Positions 30,658-40,249 of a DNA stretch of 64,000 nucleotides are shown in pieces. The translations under genes and the position numbers were made by a program. The stretch's first letter is position 1, and each line of letters opens with the position of its first letter. The DNA is from an uncultured Acidimicrobiia bacterium (GTDB lineage: Bacteria > Actinomycetota > Acidimicrobiia > Acidimicrobiales > AC-14), in NCBI GenBank assembly GCA_963836205.1, contig CAWIIV010000012.1:64001-128000 (forward strand), in the 5' to 3' direction. The notes below the pieces were generated by a model. It was not told the origin of the DNA, made no database searches, and saw only the letters and a program-made list of their open reading frames with translations.

Positions 30658-30861
30658 GTGACCACCACCGACCGCAGCGCCGCCGCTGCGCCTGCGCCTG
30701 TCGCTTTCTCCCGACCCCGACACCTGCCCGACGTCGGCGCCGTCGCCGTCGTGCACCCGAAGCTGCCGCTCGCCACCGCCCGTGCCCTGCTCGACGCCGG
30801 CGTCGCTCGGCTGGGGAGTGCCGGCGATGTCGAGATCTGGGTCCGCTACCCGGGCCGGTAG
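30658..30861 (+). CDS. Small hypothetical protein
   Basis: RBS AAGGAG and GTG start. Confidence 0.4.
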   Translation: MTTTDRSAAAAPAPVAFSRPRHLPDVGAVAVVHPKLPLATARALLDAGVARLGSAGDVEIWVRYPGR

Positions 30862-30952
30862 GGCAGGCCGGTGGACCAGTCCCGGGCCCGAGCGCCCCCG
30901 TGCATGAGCGCCCCAACCAGACACAACAGCGACCCAAAAGGAGGGCAACAGC

Positions 30953-31303
30953 ATGAACAGCATCAACCTCGTCGGCCGCCTCACCCGAGACCCCGAGCTC
31001 GACGAGACCAAGGGCGGCACGCCCGTGTGCCGCATGCGCCTGGCCGTGTCCCGGCGCAGGAAGGACGGCAAGGACCAGGGCGCCGTCTTCGTCAACGTGG
31101 TGGCCTACGGCGGCCAGGCGACGGCCTCGGCCGACTACCTGACCAAGGGCCGGCAGGTCGCCGTCAGCGGCCGCCTCGAGTTCCGGGAGTGGTCGGACGA
31201 AGGCGGCGATGCCCACTCGCTCCACGAGGTGGTGGCCGACCACGTCGGTTTCCTCGGCAGCCCGCCGGCCAATGGCGACGCGGATGCAGGGGAGCCGGCG
31301 TGA
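30953..31303 (+). CDS. ssb: Single-stranded DNA-binding protein
   Basis: MNSINLVGRLTRDPEL, YLTKGRQVAVSGRL. Confidence 0.92.
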   Translation: MNSINLVGRLTRDPELDETKGGTPVCRMRLAVSRRRKDGKDQGAVFVNVVAYGGQATASADYLTKGRQVAVSGRLEFREWSDEGGDAHSLHEVVADHVGFLGSPPANGDADAGEPA

Positions 31304-31875
31304 GCGCCGGCAGACGGTCGGGTCGGCCGTCGACGACCCTCAAGCGCGACGACTGGGGGCCCTGGCGGCCCCCGGTCGAAGACCGGCTCCTGGCCTGCGA
31401 GGACTTCCTGGGCCGGCTCCGACGCAGCTTCGACGGAGAGATCGCCCCCGACCGTCACTATTTCGATGAGAAGGCCCACGGGCTGCGCGACGCGGCCCAG
31501 GCTCTCGTGGAGCGGGTCGAGGATGTCGAGTGGTGGCTGGGGACCTGCCCCGAGGATGTCGTGCTGACGGATCGGGACCCGGACGGCCCGACGTCCGTCA
31601 CCGACTGTGGTCGGGCCGTGGGCCATGTCGGGACCCACCAGGACGCGGACCTCTGCGCTGAGCGCCGGGTCCTGGTCGAGGTTCGCAGCGTGGTCCACGC
31701 CTTGCGGCAGGCGACCGACGGGCTCGCCTGGGGCCTGCTCACGGTTCGGGCCGAGGCCGGTGTCACCGACGCCGAGACGCTGGCTGCTGGACTGCGGCCC
31801 CTACAGGGCAGGCTCGACAAGGCGGTGTCAGCCGTTGCTGCCCTCGCCCCCCCGAGCGACGGGGAGGATCGGTGA
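31300..31875 (+). CDS. Hypothetical protein
   Basis: GTGA overlaps at both ends; contains C-x..CGRAVGHVGTH (possible Zn site). Confidence 0.55.
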   Translation: MSAGRRSGRPSTTLKRDDWGPWRPPVEDRLLACEDFLGRLRRSFDGEIAPDRHYFDEKAHGLRDAAQALVERVEDVEWWLGTCPEDVVLTDRDPDGPTSVTDCGRAVGHVGTHQDADLCAERRVLVEVRSVVHALRQATDGLAWGLLTVRAEAGVTDAETLAAGLRPLQGRLDKAVSAVAALAPPSDGEDR

Positions 31876-32864
31876 CCGCCCGCAGCCCAGCGACCGAGCA
31901 CGGCCACCAGCCCGGGGTCGGCGGCGGCCCGCCTCACGAGGCCCTGAGCGCGGCGCTGGACTACGCGGCCAAAGGCTGGCGGGTGTTGCCGGTGGCGGGC
32001 ATTGCCGACGCTGGCTGCGCCTGCGGCCGGGACTGCGACAGCCCGGCCAAGCACCCCCTCACCCACCGTGGTGTGCATGACGCCAGCACCGACCCCGTGC
32101 GCATCCGCCGCTGGTGGCACCGCTGGCCGGCGGCCAACATCGGCGTCGCCACCGGGGCTGCATCCGGCTTCGCGGTGGTCGACGTCGATCCTGACTCCGG
32201 TGGCCGCCGCTCGCTGGCGAAGGTTCGGGCGGCGGGCAGGGAGCTGCCCCCGACGCGCATGGCCTTCAGCGGCGGCGGCGGCTTCCACCTGTTTTACCGG
32301 CTGGACCAGGCGACGACTGTCGGCAACACCGTCGGGCGCCTCCCCGGCATCGCCGAACCCCTGCCGGGGATCGACCTGCGGGGCGAGGGCGGCTATGTGG
32401 TCGTGGCGCCCAGCCGCCACGCCAGCGGGCGCCACTACCGCTGGTCGCGTCGAGCCGTCGACATGGCCGCCCTGCCGCCGTGGCTGTGGCAGCCGCCCCC
32501 GCCCGCCGCCGTCCAGGTCCTGGCCCGGAGCCGGCTGAATTGGACCAGCGCCTACGGTGCGGGGGCCATGGCCGACGAGGTCGACGCCGTGTGCCGCCTC
32601 GTCGTGGGGCAACGCAACGACGGGCTGAACCGAGCCGCCTTTCGTCTCGGCCAACTGGTGGGCGGAGGCGAGCTCGCCGCCGATCTGGTGCACGACGAGC
32701 TTCTGGCCGCCGGGCTGTCGACAGGGCTCGGCGAGCGGGAGGCGGTCCGCACGATCCACAGCGGACTCCGGGCCGGCGAGCGGTCACCACGGCGGGCTCC
32801 CGACGCAGCGGCTGACGCACCTTCTCCTCTGCGATCTGCGTCGATTGGAGGGTCCAATGGCTGA
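31872..32864 (+). CDS. Bifunctional DNA primase/polymerase (Prim-Pol)
   Basis: KHP, ANIGVATG, VVDVD, SGGGGFHLFY, IDLRGEGGYVVVAPS, GQRNDGLNRAAF. Confidence 0.9.
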   Translation: MTARSPATEHGHQPGVGGGPPHEALSAALDYAAKGWRVLPVAGIADAGCACGRDCDSPAKHPLTHRGVHDASTDPVRIRRWWHRWPAANIGVATGAASGFAVVDVDPDSGGRRSLAKVRAAGRELPPTRMAFSGGGGFHLFYRLDQATTVGNTVGRLPGIAEPLPGIDLRGEGGYVVVAPSRHASGRHYRWSRRAVDMAALPPWLWQPPPPAAVQVLARSRLNWTSAYGAGAMADEVDAVCRLVVGQRNDGLNRAAFRLGQLVGGGELAADLVHDELLAAGLSTGLGEREAVRTIHSGLRAGERSPRRAPDAAADAPSPLRSASIGGSNG

Positions 32865-33171
32865 CCAACACGCGGGGCTCTGGCTCGACGTCGCCGGCGC
32901 CGCGGCCTACCTCGGTGTCAGCGAAGCCTTCGTCCGCCGAATCGTGCTCGAGCGTCGGGTCCGCTACTTCAAGGTCGGCAAGCTCCTCCGTTTCCGCCCT
33001 TCAGATCTCGACGCCTTCGTGGAAGTGGGCCGCTGTGACCCGGTCAGCCCGCGCTCCCACGCCCGGTCTCCTCAGCGGAGGGCTGGCGTCGGTACTACGA
33101 CACCGCGCCGAACCGCCGCGGACAAGCTCAGGACAGTTCCCGAGCAGCGAGGCACGTCCGCCGGGCCCTGA
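32857..33171 (+). CDS. Excisionase-like HTH protein
   Basis: LDVAGAAAYLGVSEAFVRRIV....YFKVGKLLRFRPSDLDAF. Confidence 0.85.
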   Translation: MADQHAGLWLDVAGAAAYLGVSEAFVRRIVLERRVRYFKVGKLLRFRPSDLDAFVEVGRCDPVSPRSHARSPQRRAGVGTTTPRRTAADKLRTVPEQRGTSAGP

Positions 33172-33239
33172 TACCGGGATCAGACCGCAGCCGGGGTGCC
33201 ACGTGCCGTGCCGCTTGACGAACGAATTCTCAGCGACGT

Positions 33240-33360
33240 TGGTGACGTGTTCGACCTCGACCCCACGCTCGGTCAACAAATCGTCGCGAATGGACAGGCC
33301 TAGGCGCAGGTACCAGACGACGGCCAGGGTGATGACCTCGGGCGGGGCGGAGCTCTGCAC
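33240..33360 (-). pseudogene. IS6-family transposase N-terminal remnant
   Basis: PPEVITLAVVWYLRLGLSIRD-DLLTERGVEVEHVT resembles the IS6 N-terminus (FPPEVITLAVRWYLRYGLSYRDVEELLAERGIEVDHVT) and is truncated. Confidence 0.75.
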
Positions 33361-33408
33361 GGGCGGAGACTGCGTCCCCTGCTGGGCGATGGATCTTGCG
33401 ACCGCCAG

Positions 33409-34438
33409 TCACGACCCGGCGGCGGCCAGCCGGACCAGGGGATTCGGGAGGTCGGCCTCGGTGAGGCTGTCGAGGATTCGATATCGCCCCGACGTCCGTT
33501 GCCAGGCGAGCCCGCCCTCGATCCAGTCGTGCAGGGTCCGGATGTACCGGGTGGCGTCGGCCCGGGTTTCGTTATGGAGACCGAGCTCCTCGTAACAGGT
33601 CGGGAGCTCGTCCTCGAGCCCTGTGATCTGTTCGATGAGGGACCGAAAGATCTCTCCGGCCTCGTCGGCGGCGTCCTGCAGAGTGCCACCGCGTTCGTAG
33701 AGCAGCGCGAGAACCGTGTTGTTGCGGACTCCGTGGACCAGGTCGGCCTCGAGGCCGAGGAGATCGTTGCCGACCGTGATCGCGTCGCTCACCGCGTTCT
33801 GCACACCGATCATCCGGCGGTCGGCGAGGAGGGCGTCCGGCAGTGCGTACCGACCGGCGAGCTCCCCGAGAGCGAAGCCGAACCGGGGGGCGGCGTTGTC
33901 CCGGCGGAGCAGGATCGAGCTGGCGACATCGTTCATGTATCGCCGCGAGCGAAGCGCCGCCTCGTCCTCGCAGCCGCGGTGGTAGTCGGTGAGGGTTCGC
34001 AGGAATCGGCGTTGCCAGGACGTCGAACTTCGCGCCGCCGTCCGCCTCCACAGGTCGCCAAAGGCGGCTGCGAGAGGAGTATCGGCGTGCTGCGGCCCGT
34101 GGTCACCGATCCCGAGCCAGGTGCGCACCGTCCAGAGCACCCGCTGGAACTCGTCGCGGTCGCACCACGCTCCCAGCGCCTCCAGGTAGTCATCGAAGAT
34201 GAAGGCGGTCGTCATCCCAGCCGACGAGGATGCGCAGCTCCGGCAGCGCTGCCTCCGGGTAGCAGCGGGCCGTCTGCTCGCCGAACCTGTGGGCGTCGTA
34301 GTGGGCCGCCGCCTTCTCGCTGGTCACGAGTCCGAACCGGCGCATGAAGGTGCGGCACTCCTGCTCCGCCTCATCAACGAGCGGGTTGATGCGGCTGGGG
34401 AACGGGGTGTTCAGCTCCGGGAGGGTGACGATTCCCAT
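33409..34438 (-). CDS. Class I terpene synthase (frameshift near 34215)
   Basis: PFPSRINP, ARCYP, FIFDDYLE, RRDN, NDLLGLEAD (NSE-like), WQRTSGRY. Confidence 0.85.
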
Positions 34439-34450
34439 GTTGTCAAGCCG

Positions 34451-35797
34451 TCACGGCCGTGCCTGGATGACCATGTCCAACGGTTGAGGCATCAGGGTGG
34501 CCCGCGGCGGGGCCTGGGTCGCCTGGTCTGGGACAGGGCGGAGCTGCCACCGGCCGGCGATGGCGGCGAGTGTGATCATGGCCTCGGTCATACCGAACTG
34601 GTCCCCGATGCACTTCCGACTGCCGGCGCCGAAGGGGATCAGCGAGCCGCGCTGGATGCCGTCGGCATGCTCCGGGAGCCACCGGTCGGGATCGAAGCGC
34701 TCGGGATCGCCGAACAACCGGGCGTCCCGATGAACCAGGTACGGACTGAAGACGATCATCGTGCCGGCCGCGACGGGGTGGCCGCCCAGCTCGCTGTCCT
34801 CGGTCGTGGTCCGGGTCAGGACCCAGATTGGCGGGTAGAGCCGGAGGACTTCGGTGATGGTACGCCGGGTGTAGTCGAGCCTGGCGAGATCCTCCGTGCC
34901 GGGAATACCACCCCGAAGCTCCCTGTCGATCTCATCGTGCAACTGGCGTTCGACGTCGGGATGGCGGCTGAGGAGGTACATCGTCCAGCTCAGCAGGTTG
35001 GAGGTCGTCTCGGTGCAGGCAGCCAGAAAGGTGACGACTTGGTCGTGGATCTCCTGATCGGTCAGTCCCTGTCCGCTCTGGTCGTCCCGAGTGGCGACGA
35101 GAAGGGACAGCAGATCTCCATGGTCGACGCCCGACGCCCGGTAGTCCCGGACGATGTCGTCGATGACGGCATGGACGCGCCCGACCGCCTGCTTGAAGGC
35201 GCGGTTGGCGGGGGTGGGAAGGGCCTGGAGGAACACGAGACAGGCGACGAAGCGCTTGAACGCACCCTCCGAGAAGATCGGCATCGACCGCTGGATCTCG
35301 GTCTCGGCGTCACGCCCGAGCTCGGTGGAGCAAAGCGTCCGGGCCCCCACTCGCAAGGTGAGGTGGTCCATCGTCGCCTTGACGTCGAGGGTCTGGCCGG
35401 GACGCCACGATGCGACGACCGACCCGATCTCCTCCTGCATCAACGCCACGTAGCCCGGGATTCGGGAGCGGTGGAAGGCCGGTTGCAGGAGCGCTCGTTG
35501 GCGCCGGTGCTCCCGCCAATCGCAGGTGACGAGGCTGTTCCCGAGGACGACGCGGGCGATGTCGAAGAGCCGCCCGCCCTTGTCGTAGACCTTCGGGCTC
35601 GCCAGGACCTCCTGCACCAGGTCGGGGTGACACGTCACGTACGCCCACTGGGGGCCGAGCCGAATCTCGACGAGATCGGCGCACGACCGGAGGGAGGTGA
35701 GGAAGTCCAGCGGCCGGCGCCGGAACTGCAGGGCATGGCCCACCATCGGACGTGCCCCGGGAGCGACTCCCGCCGTAAATGAGCTCGCAGTTGCCAT
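34451..35797 (-). CDS. Cytochrome P450 (terpene-oxidising CYP170/CYP183-like)
   Basis: FLAACTETT, EVLRLYPP, FDPDRW, PFGAGSRKCIG heme Cys. 12 bp upstream of the terpene synthase. Confidence 0.92.
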   Translation of the reverse strand: MATASSFTAGVAPGARPMVGHALQFRRRPLDFLTSLRSCADLVEIRLGPQWAYVTCHPDLVQEVLASPKVYDKGGRLFDIARVVLGNSLVTCDWREHRRQRALLQPAFHRSRIPGYVALMQEEIGSVVASWRPGQTLDVKATMDHLTLRVGARTLCSTELGRDAETEIQRSMPIFSEGAFKRFVACLVFLQALPTPANRAFKQAVGRVHAVIDDIVRDYRASGVDHGDLLSLLVATRDDQSGQGLTDQEIHDQVVTFLAACTETTSNLLSWTMYLLSRHPDVERQLHDEIDRELRGGIPGTEDLARLDYTRRTITEVLRLYPPIWVLTRTTTEDSELGGHPVAAGTMIVFSPYLVHRDARLFGDPERFDPDRWLPEHADGIQRGSLIPFGAGSRKCIGDQFGMTEAMITLAAIAGRWQLRPVPDQATQAPPRATLMPQPLDMVIQARP

Positions 35798-36338
35798 ATC
35801 AGGTCGCCTATCCACGATTCGCTCGTGCCCTGTCACCACCCTACAGAGGTGGGTGTCCCTCTGCCGCGGTTTACACCCGCCGACATGCGTGGTCACCCAC
35901 CGGGCGGCTCACCCGGAACAGCACGGCTACTCGACCCCTCAACGTCGCCGTGCTGTCCCGCGGGCGTGGACCCGGCCTGCCGGGCCGCGCCCGGCTGGCG
36001 AGCCGTGACCGGTCCTGACCGGGCGTTGGGCTCAGGCTGGTCGCACGACCGACATCCTGGACGCGTACTCGGCCAACAGCTTGTTCAGCACGTGCCACGA
36101 CAGGTCGGATTAGGTCCTGAAGGTCCTCTTGTCGTGGGAGATCTCGTCGACATGATCGAAGTCGTTACGGCCGCCGGGCTGGGCGGGCTTGTCGAGAGCT
36201 GGCGGACCGAGGTCACGACATGCGGGGTGATCCACCACGTCGTCCTGGGGATTCCAAGGTTTCATCCCGAAAATGCGTTCTTCGGATGGCCGTTTGTCGA
36301 CGAACCCCAATTGCATATCAAGAGGTGGTTGCCCACAT

Positions 36339-37307
36339 CTACCGAGGAAGGATCACGGACAGAAGACCGGCTGTCAAGGGAGCTAAGATAGCGACGCCCG
36401 ACTGGAATTGCTCCGCCGGCCTGATCCCGAGCCGCAGGAGCGTCACGAGATTTTCTCGTCCGGAGTACCAGTCTGCAGTCGGCTCGGTCTTCGGCACAGG
36501 ATAGCGTTTGCCGACGAATGCCTCACCAACCGACTCAAGCCTGACGTAGACAGGCACGTAGATCAGTGCTACGAGAGCCGTGAAGAGCAGCCCGTACAAA
36601 ACCACTGCTATTGACGGAAACTCAATAGGGACCTCGAACCTTTTGCCCCAAGCGATCACTGCATTGCGCTGCGCACCTGCGGCTAGGGTAACGGCCGCGA
36701 CGATCGCCCCGAGAACGGCGAGCAGGCGCTGCAGGACCGAGCGAAGATGCATGAGGTGTACGACGATCCGGGCGTCAAGGCCGGACCATTTATCCGTCGT
36801 TTGTTCGACGGCGATGCCCACACGGTGCAGCGCCGCGGCAACCGACCAAATGCCAATGATCGGGGGTCCAGCGGCGAGGAACCCCAGGATGGTCAATAAC
36901 TGGATCCGTGAGGCGTAAGGGTCGAGTACCGCAGGCCGCCAAGAGGAGGCGTTCAACCCAAGACTCCCGGCTACGACGATCGCCAATCCGAGGTGGAGCG
37001 CTAAGAGCTTTCCGCGAGGAACTCTGTACCCGGCCCAGATCCGCCGCAGCGCGGACAGCGAAATAGGAAACAGCACGGCCCAGAGCGCGGACTGTGCGGC
37101 AATCATCGTAGCCCACACCCCGAATTCGGGAACATCGCGCAACGAGTTCCCCCGGTCAGGCACCGAGTTGACCGTCGCGTAGCCGATGATAAGGCCCACG
37201 AAGGTAAGGGCCAACGCCATCGCCGCGTCGCGTGGCGCGGCTGGGAGGCGGAGCTCCGGATCACCCAACTCGCCAAGGTCAGGCGACCCGCCGACATGCT
37301 CCGACAC
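36339..37307 (-). CDS. Polytopic membrane protein of unknown function
   Basis: About 7 hydrophobic helices; divergent from the KAP-TIR gene. Confidence 0.7.
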   Translation of the reverse strand: MSEHVGGSPDLGELGDPELRLPAAPRDAAMALALTFVGLIIGYATVNSVPDRGNSLRDVPEFGVWATMIAAQSALWAVLFPISLSALRRIWAGYRVPRGKLLALHLGLAIVVAGSLGLNASSWRPAVLDPYASRIQLLTILGFLAAGPPIIGIWSVAAALHRVGIAVEQTTDKWSGLDARIVVHLMHLRSVLQRLLAVLGAIVAAVTLAAGAQRNAVIAWGKRFEVPIEFPSIAVVLYGLLFTALVALIYVPVYVRLESVGEAFVGKRYPVPKTEPTADWYSGRENLVTLLRLGIRPAEQFQSGVAILAPLTAGLLSVILPR

Positions 37308-37339
37308 TTGAGAAGTATGGGGCCGGCGTCAAGAACGTC

Positions 37340-37450
37340 GCGCTGACGACCGAGGAGATCATGGTTTGACCCGGCAGTCGTGACGATGGCCGTCGGGACT
37401 TGGTCGACAGCAACCTGCTCCTGGATGTGCTGACGGAGGCCGACGCCAGG
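37340..37450 (+). pseudogene. Remnant of AbrB-antitoxin / VapC (PIN) toxin pair
   Basis: LTTEEIM (antitoxin C-terminus-like) followed by LVDSNLLLDVLTE (PIN N-terminus), then homology is lost. Confidence 0.5.
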
Positions 37451-37520
37451 CTCGGGTGTCGGCGAACGCGCTGGCGCAGGCCGGGCAATCGGATCGCCCC
37501 GCTGCGATGCCCACCACACG

Positions 37521-39917
37521 GTGCGGACCGCGAACGGATTCCCTCGCGGTCCCATGCATCGTCGTATCGAAGGGCTTACTCTTCTTTCTGTGGCGGCGGC
37601 CGACGGTCCATCCCGTGACGGGGACGACGCGTCCGAGGACGCGCCGTTCACTCTCCTGGGCGACCAGCCTTACGAGTTGGACCGGGATCCCCTGGGTTTC
37701 GACGCCCTCGTCAGCGACCTTGCCGACCTTGTACTCGAATCCCGGGGCTCGACCCCGTTCACGTTGGGGCTGGACGCAGGTTGGGGAATGGGCAAGAGCT
37801 CGCTTATGCGGAAGCTCCGCTCCACGCTGGACGGCTACGACAATGTCACGACCGTGTGGTTCAACGCATGGACCTCCGAGGGCAACAGTGTGCTGGAGGG
37901 GCTCATCAAGTCGGTGCTCGACAGGATCGATCCGAACATCCTGCGCCGCAGCCTCCGCCGGCAGCATCTCGTTCGGGGTTTCCGGCTCACAGTGACCGTT
38001 GTCGCTAGCGTGCTTCGACTCGGGAATCTCGTCGACCGGATCTGGGAGCGGATCTCGATCGACCCTCGCGCCCGCAATGAAATGGCCGAGCTGATGAAAC
38101 TCGCCATGTCAGACTGGATGGCCCGAAGCCGGCAGCCGCAGGGCCGGGTGCTCGTCGTGTTCGTCGATGATCTCGACCGCTGCTCGCCTGCCAGCGTGTT
38201 CCAGGTGTTCGAGGCAATTAAGCTATACCTGGACACGAGCGGATTCGTTTTCGTCCTCGGATATGACTCGTCCATAATCTCGGAGGCCATCCTCGAGGAG
38301 AAGAAGTACAGCAAGCAGATTACGAGCCGGGACTACCTCGAGAAGATCATTCAAATCGGCTACCGAATCCCTATCGCCGACGACGAACATGCCAAGGCTC
38401 TGGTTGAGGAATACCTCGACTCCTCGAACACCTCCCACCTCTTCGATGATTCACTTAAGGCACTCGTAGTCGATCGCAACGACCGGAATCCGCGACGAAT
38501 AAAGCGGTTTATCAACGGCTTCATCCTGCAGTACGGCCTAGACCGGGACTGGGCGGAGCTTGGGGCCGCGAATCTGGTCAAGGTCGAGATTCTGCGCGTC
38601 TACTTTCCCGACTTCGCCCGATTGCTGGGAGGTTCGGGTCCGGCCGACACAATCACCGAGTTCTTGGAATACGTCGAGACGAGAACCTTCCTGAGGCAGG
38701 AGCTCCAAACGGAAGGGCCGAGGTGGGGCCGGGTCAGTGAGGTCTTGGCCTCCCACCACGTCGCAATCGGTCCCGATGGCGAAACGCCGCGGTCCCACCG
38801 CGACCTCCTCCATGCGCTCGAGCAAGAACTGCCCGAAGCCTTTCCGGCCGCTGTTCAGGACGCGAACTTCGTAGCCCTGCTCCAGAGCTTTCCACCCGAG
38901 GCCGATAGGGGTCGGCTCCGCGAGAAGCTCGAGGGCCGGTACGTCCCCCTGTTCAGGCCATCGAGGCTGGTACTGCGGACCGATGGCGGGGGCGACGCGA
39001 AGGAGTTCAACTTTGCCGGGGTGAAACTGCTGTGGATCGACGACAAGCCAGAGCGCAACGCTGCGTTAGCGGCGGCAATCGAGCAGTTCGGCGGCGAGGT
39101 CCACTCCGTGGGCGACTTCGAGGGCGCCGCCGAGTTGCTCCGTTCGGGCGGTGCGATCGACGTGGTGATCGCGGAGATGTCGGGGCGCGGTAGCAACGAT
39201 GCCGGCCTTGGGCTCGTGGGCCGGCTTCAGGAGGAGCGGCTCTTCCGCTGCGCCCTCGTCTTCTATACCGCCCGCGTAACGCCCGCGCGACGTGACGCCG
39301 CTGCAAAGCTGGGCGCGCTCGGGGTCACCAACGATCCGTCGCAGCTGCTTACCCTGCTGACTCGGGCTTTGGCTGCGCCATTGGCCACTGAGTCGCCCGT
39401 CCCTGCGGAGAAGGTGCGCCGGGGACGGAGTCGCACGAGTGCACACCTCCCCAGGGTGTACATCAGCTATCGCCGGGAGGATTCCTCGGGATACGCCGGT
39501 CGCCTCTACGACCAGTTGGCCTCACGAGCTCAACGAGGGACGGTCTTCCGCGACGTGGACTCAATTGCACCCGGCGTCGACTTTTCCCAGGCTGTGAGGA
39601 GCGCCGTGCTGGAAGCGGACGCGCTGGTCGTCGTGATTGGCTTGTCCTGGCTCGACGGGACCGATGGGTCGGGACGACGTCGGCTGGACAATCCCGACGA
39701 CTTCATTCGCCTTGACATCGCCGCGGCGTTGACCTCCAACATGCTTGTGATCCCAGTCCTGGTTGAAGGAGCGGCCATGCCCAGGCCGGATGAGCTTCCG
39801 ACGAATATCAGTGATCTGGCCAGACGTAACGCGGTCGAGCTCTCCGACGAGCGCTGGACATATGACGTCGACCGTCTGGTCGACGTACTCGAAAACTTCG
39901 CGGAGAGGACCGCGTGA
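37521..39917 (+). CDS. KAP-family P-loop NTPase - atypical receiver - TIR domain fusion
   Basis: GWGMGKSS, VWFNAW, VVFVDDLDRC, YLEKIIQ, NPRRIKRFIN; LLWIDD...VVIAEM...VFYT; VYISYRREDS...VFRDVDSI.PG.DF...VIPVLV. Confidence 0.88.
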   Translation: MRTANGFPRGPMHRRIEGLTLLSVAAADGPSRDGDDASEDAPFTLLGDQPYELDRDPLGFDALVSDLADLVLESRGSTPFTLGLDAGWGMGKSSLMRKLRSTLDGYDNVTTVWFNAWTSEGNSVLEGLIKSVLDRIDPNILRRSLRRQHLVRGFRLTVTVVASVLRLGNLVDRIWERISIDPRARNEMAELMKLAMSDWMARSRQPQGRVLVVFVDDLDRCSPASVFQVFEAIKLYLDTSGFVFVLGYDSSIISEAILEEKKYSKQITSRDYLEKIIQIGYRIPIADDEHAKALVEEYLDSSNTSHLFDDSLKALVVDRNDRNPRRIKRFINGFILQYGLDRDWAELGAANLVKVEILRVYFPDFARLLGGSGPADTITEFLEYVETRTFLRQELQTEGPRWGRVSEVLASHHVAIGPDGETPRSHRDLLHALEQELPEAFPAAVQDANFVALLQSFPPEADRGRLREKLEGRYVPLFRPSRLVLRTDGGGDAKEFNFAGVKLLWIDDKPERNAALAAAIEQFGGEVHSVGDFEGAAELLRSGGAIDVVIAEMSGRGSNDAGLGLVGRLQEERLFRCALVFYTARVTPARRDAAAKLGALGVTNDPSQLLTLLTRALAAPLATESPVPAEKVRRGRSRTSAHLPRVYISYRREDSSGYAGRLYDQLASRAQRGTVFRDVDSIAPGVDFSQAVRSAVLEADALVVVIGLSWLDGTDGSGRRRLDNPDDFIRLDIAAALTSNMLVIPVLVEGAAMPRPDELPTNISDLARRNAVELSDERWTYDVDRLVDVLENFAERTA

Positions 39918-40074
39918 ACGAGACGGCCATCGATCTTGCCGCCCAGACGGAACCGAGCCTCGCCAGGGTCGTTCGAGAATGTGAGTGGTGCCCAAGCCAC
40001 CGGTCACCACTCACCCCGCACCCGTGTCGATCGCTGCCGGGCGATCGCATCCCCACAGGTGTCCGGCGCTCAGA

Positions 40075-40096
40075 AAATCCGCAACAAATCCGCAAC
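40075..40096 (+). repeat. 11-bp tandem direct repeat, probable integrase arm-type sites
   Basis: AAATCCGCAAC x2, about 105 bp inside the att core. Confidence 0.65.
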
Positions 40097-40200
40097 ATGA
40101 TTGCGCGTGACAGAGCGCAACAGAGAGCAAGAGGGTGGACCAGAAACTGCCCCTCACCAGGACTTTCGCAGAACGGGCCAAGTCAGAGACGTGCGTCCCG

Positions 40201-40249
40201 GCTGCCTTCTAAGCAGCGGGTCGCAGGTTCGAGTCCTGCCGGGGGCGCC
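40201..40249 (+). tRNA. 3' fragment of tRNA-Arg(UCU) = att site (not an intact tRNA)
   Basis: GCTGC-CTTCTAA-GCAGC anticodon arm, GCAGG-TTCGAGT-CCTGC T arm, CGGGGGC-G-CC acceptor 3' strand. No D arm or GCCCCCG 5' strand upstream. Confidence 0.88.

Larger units (their letters stand above)
1..40249. mobile_element. Integrative conjugative element (right part; left end outside window) integrated at tRNA-Arg(UCU)
   Basis: T4SS genes (VirD4, VirB4, VirB6-like, CHAP hydrolase), SSB, prim-pol, three xis-like HTH genes and defence cargo. Terminates in a 3' tRNA fragment at 40201-40249; housekeeping-type genes follow. Confidence 0.85.

Noticed and set aside
36110-36316. 68-aa ORF downstream of the membrane protein
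   Set aside because: No recognisable motif or RBS; may be a gene remnant.
40201-40249. Functional tRNA-Arg gene
   Set aside because: The D arm and 5' acceptor strand are absent, so it is an att duplicate.
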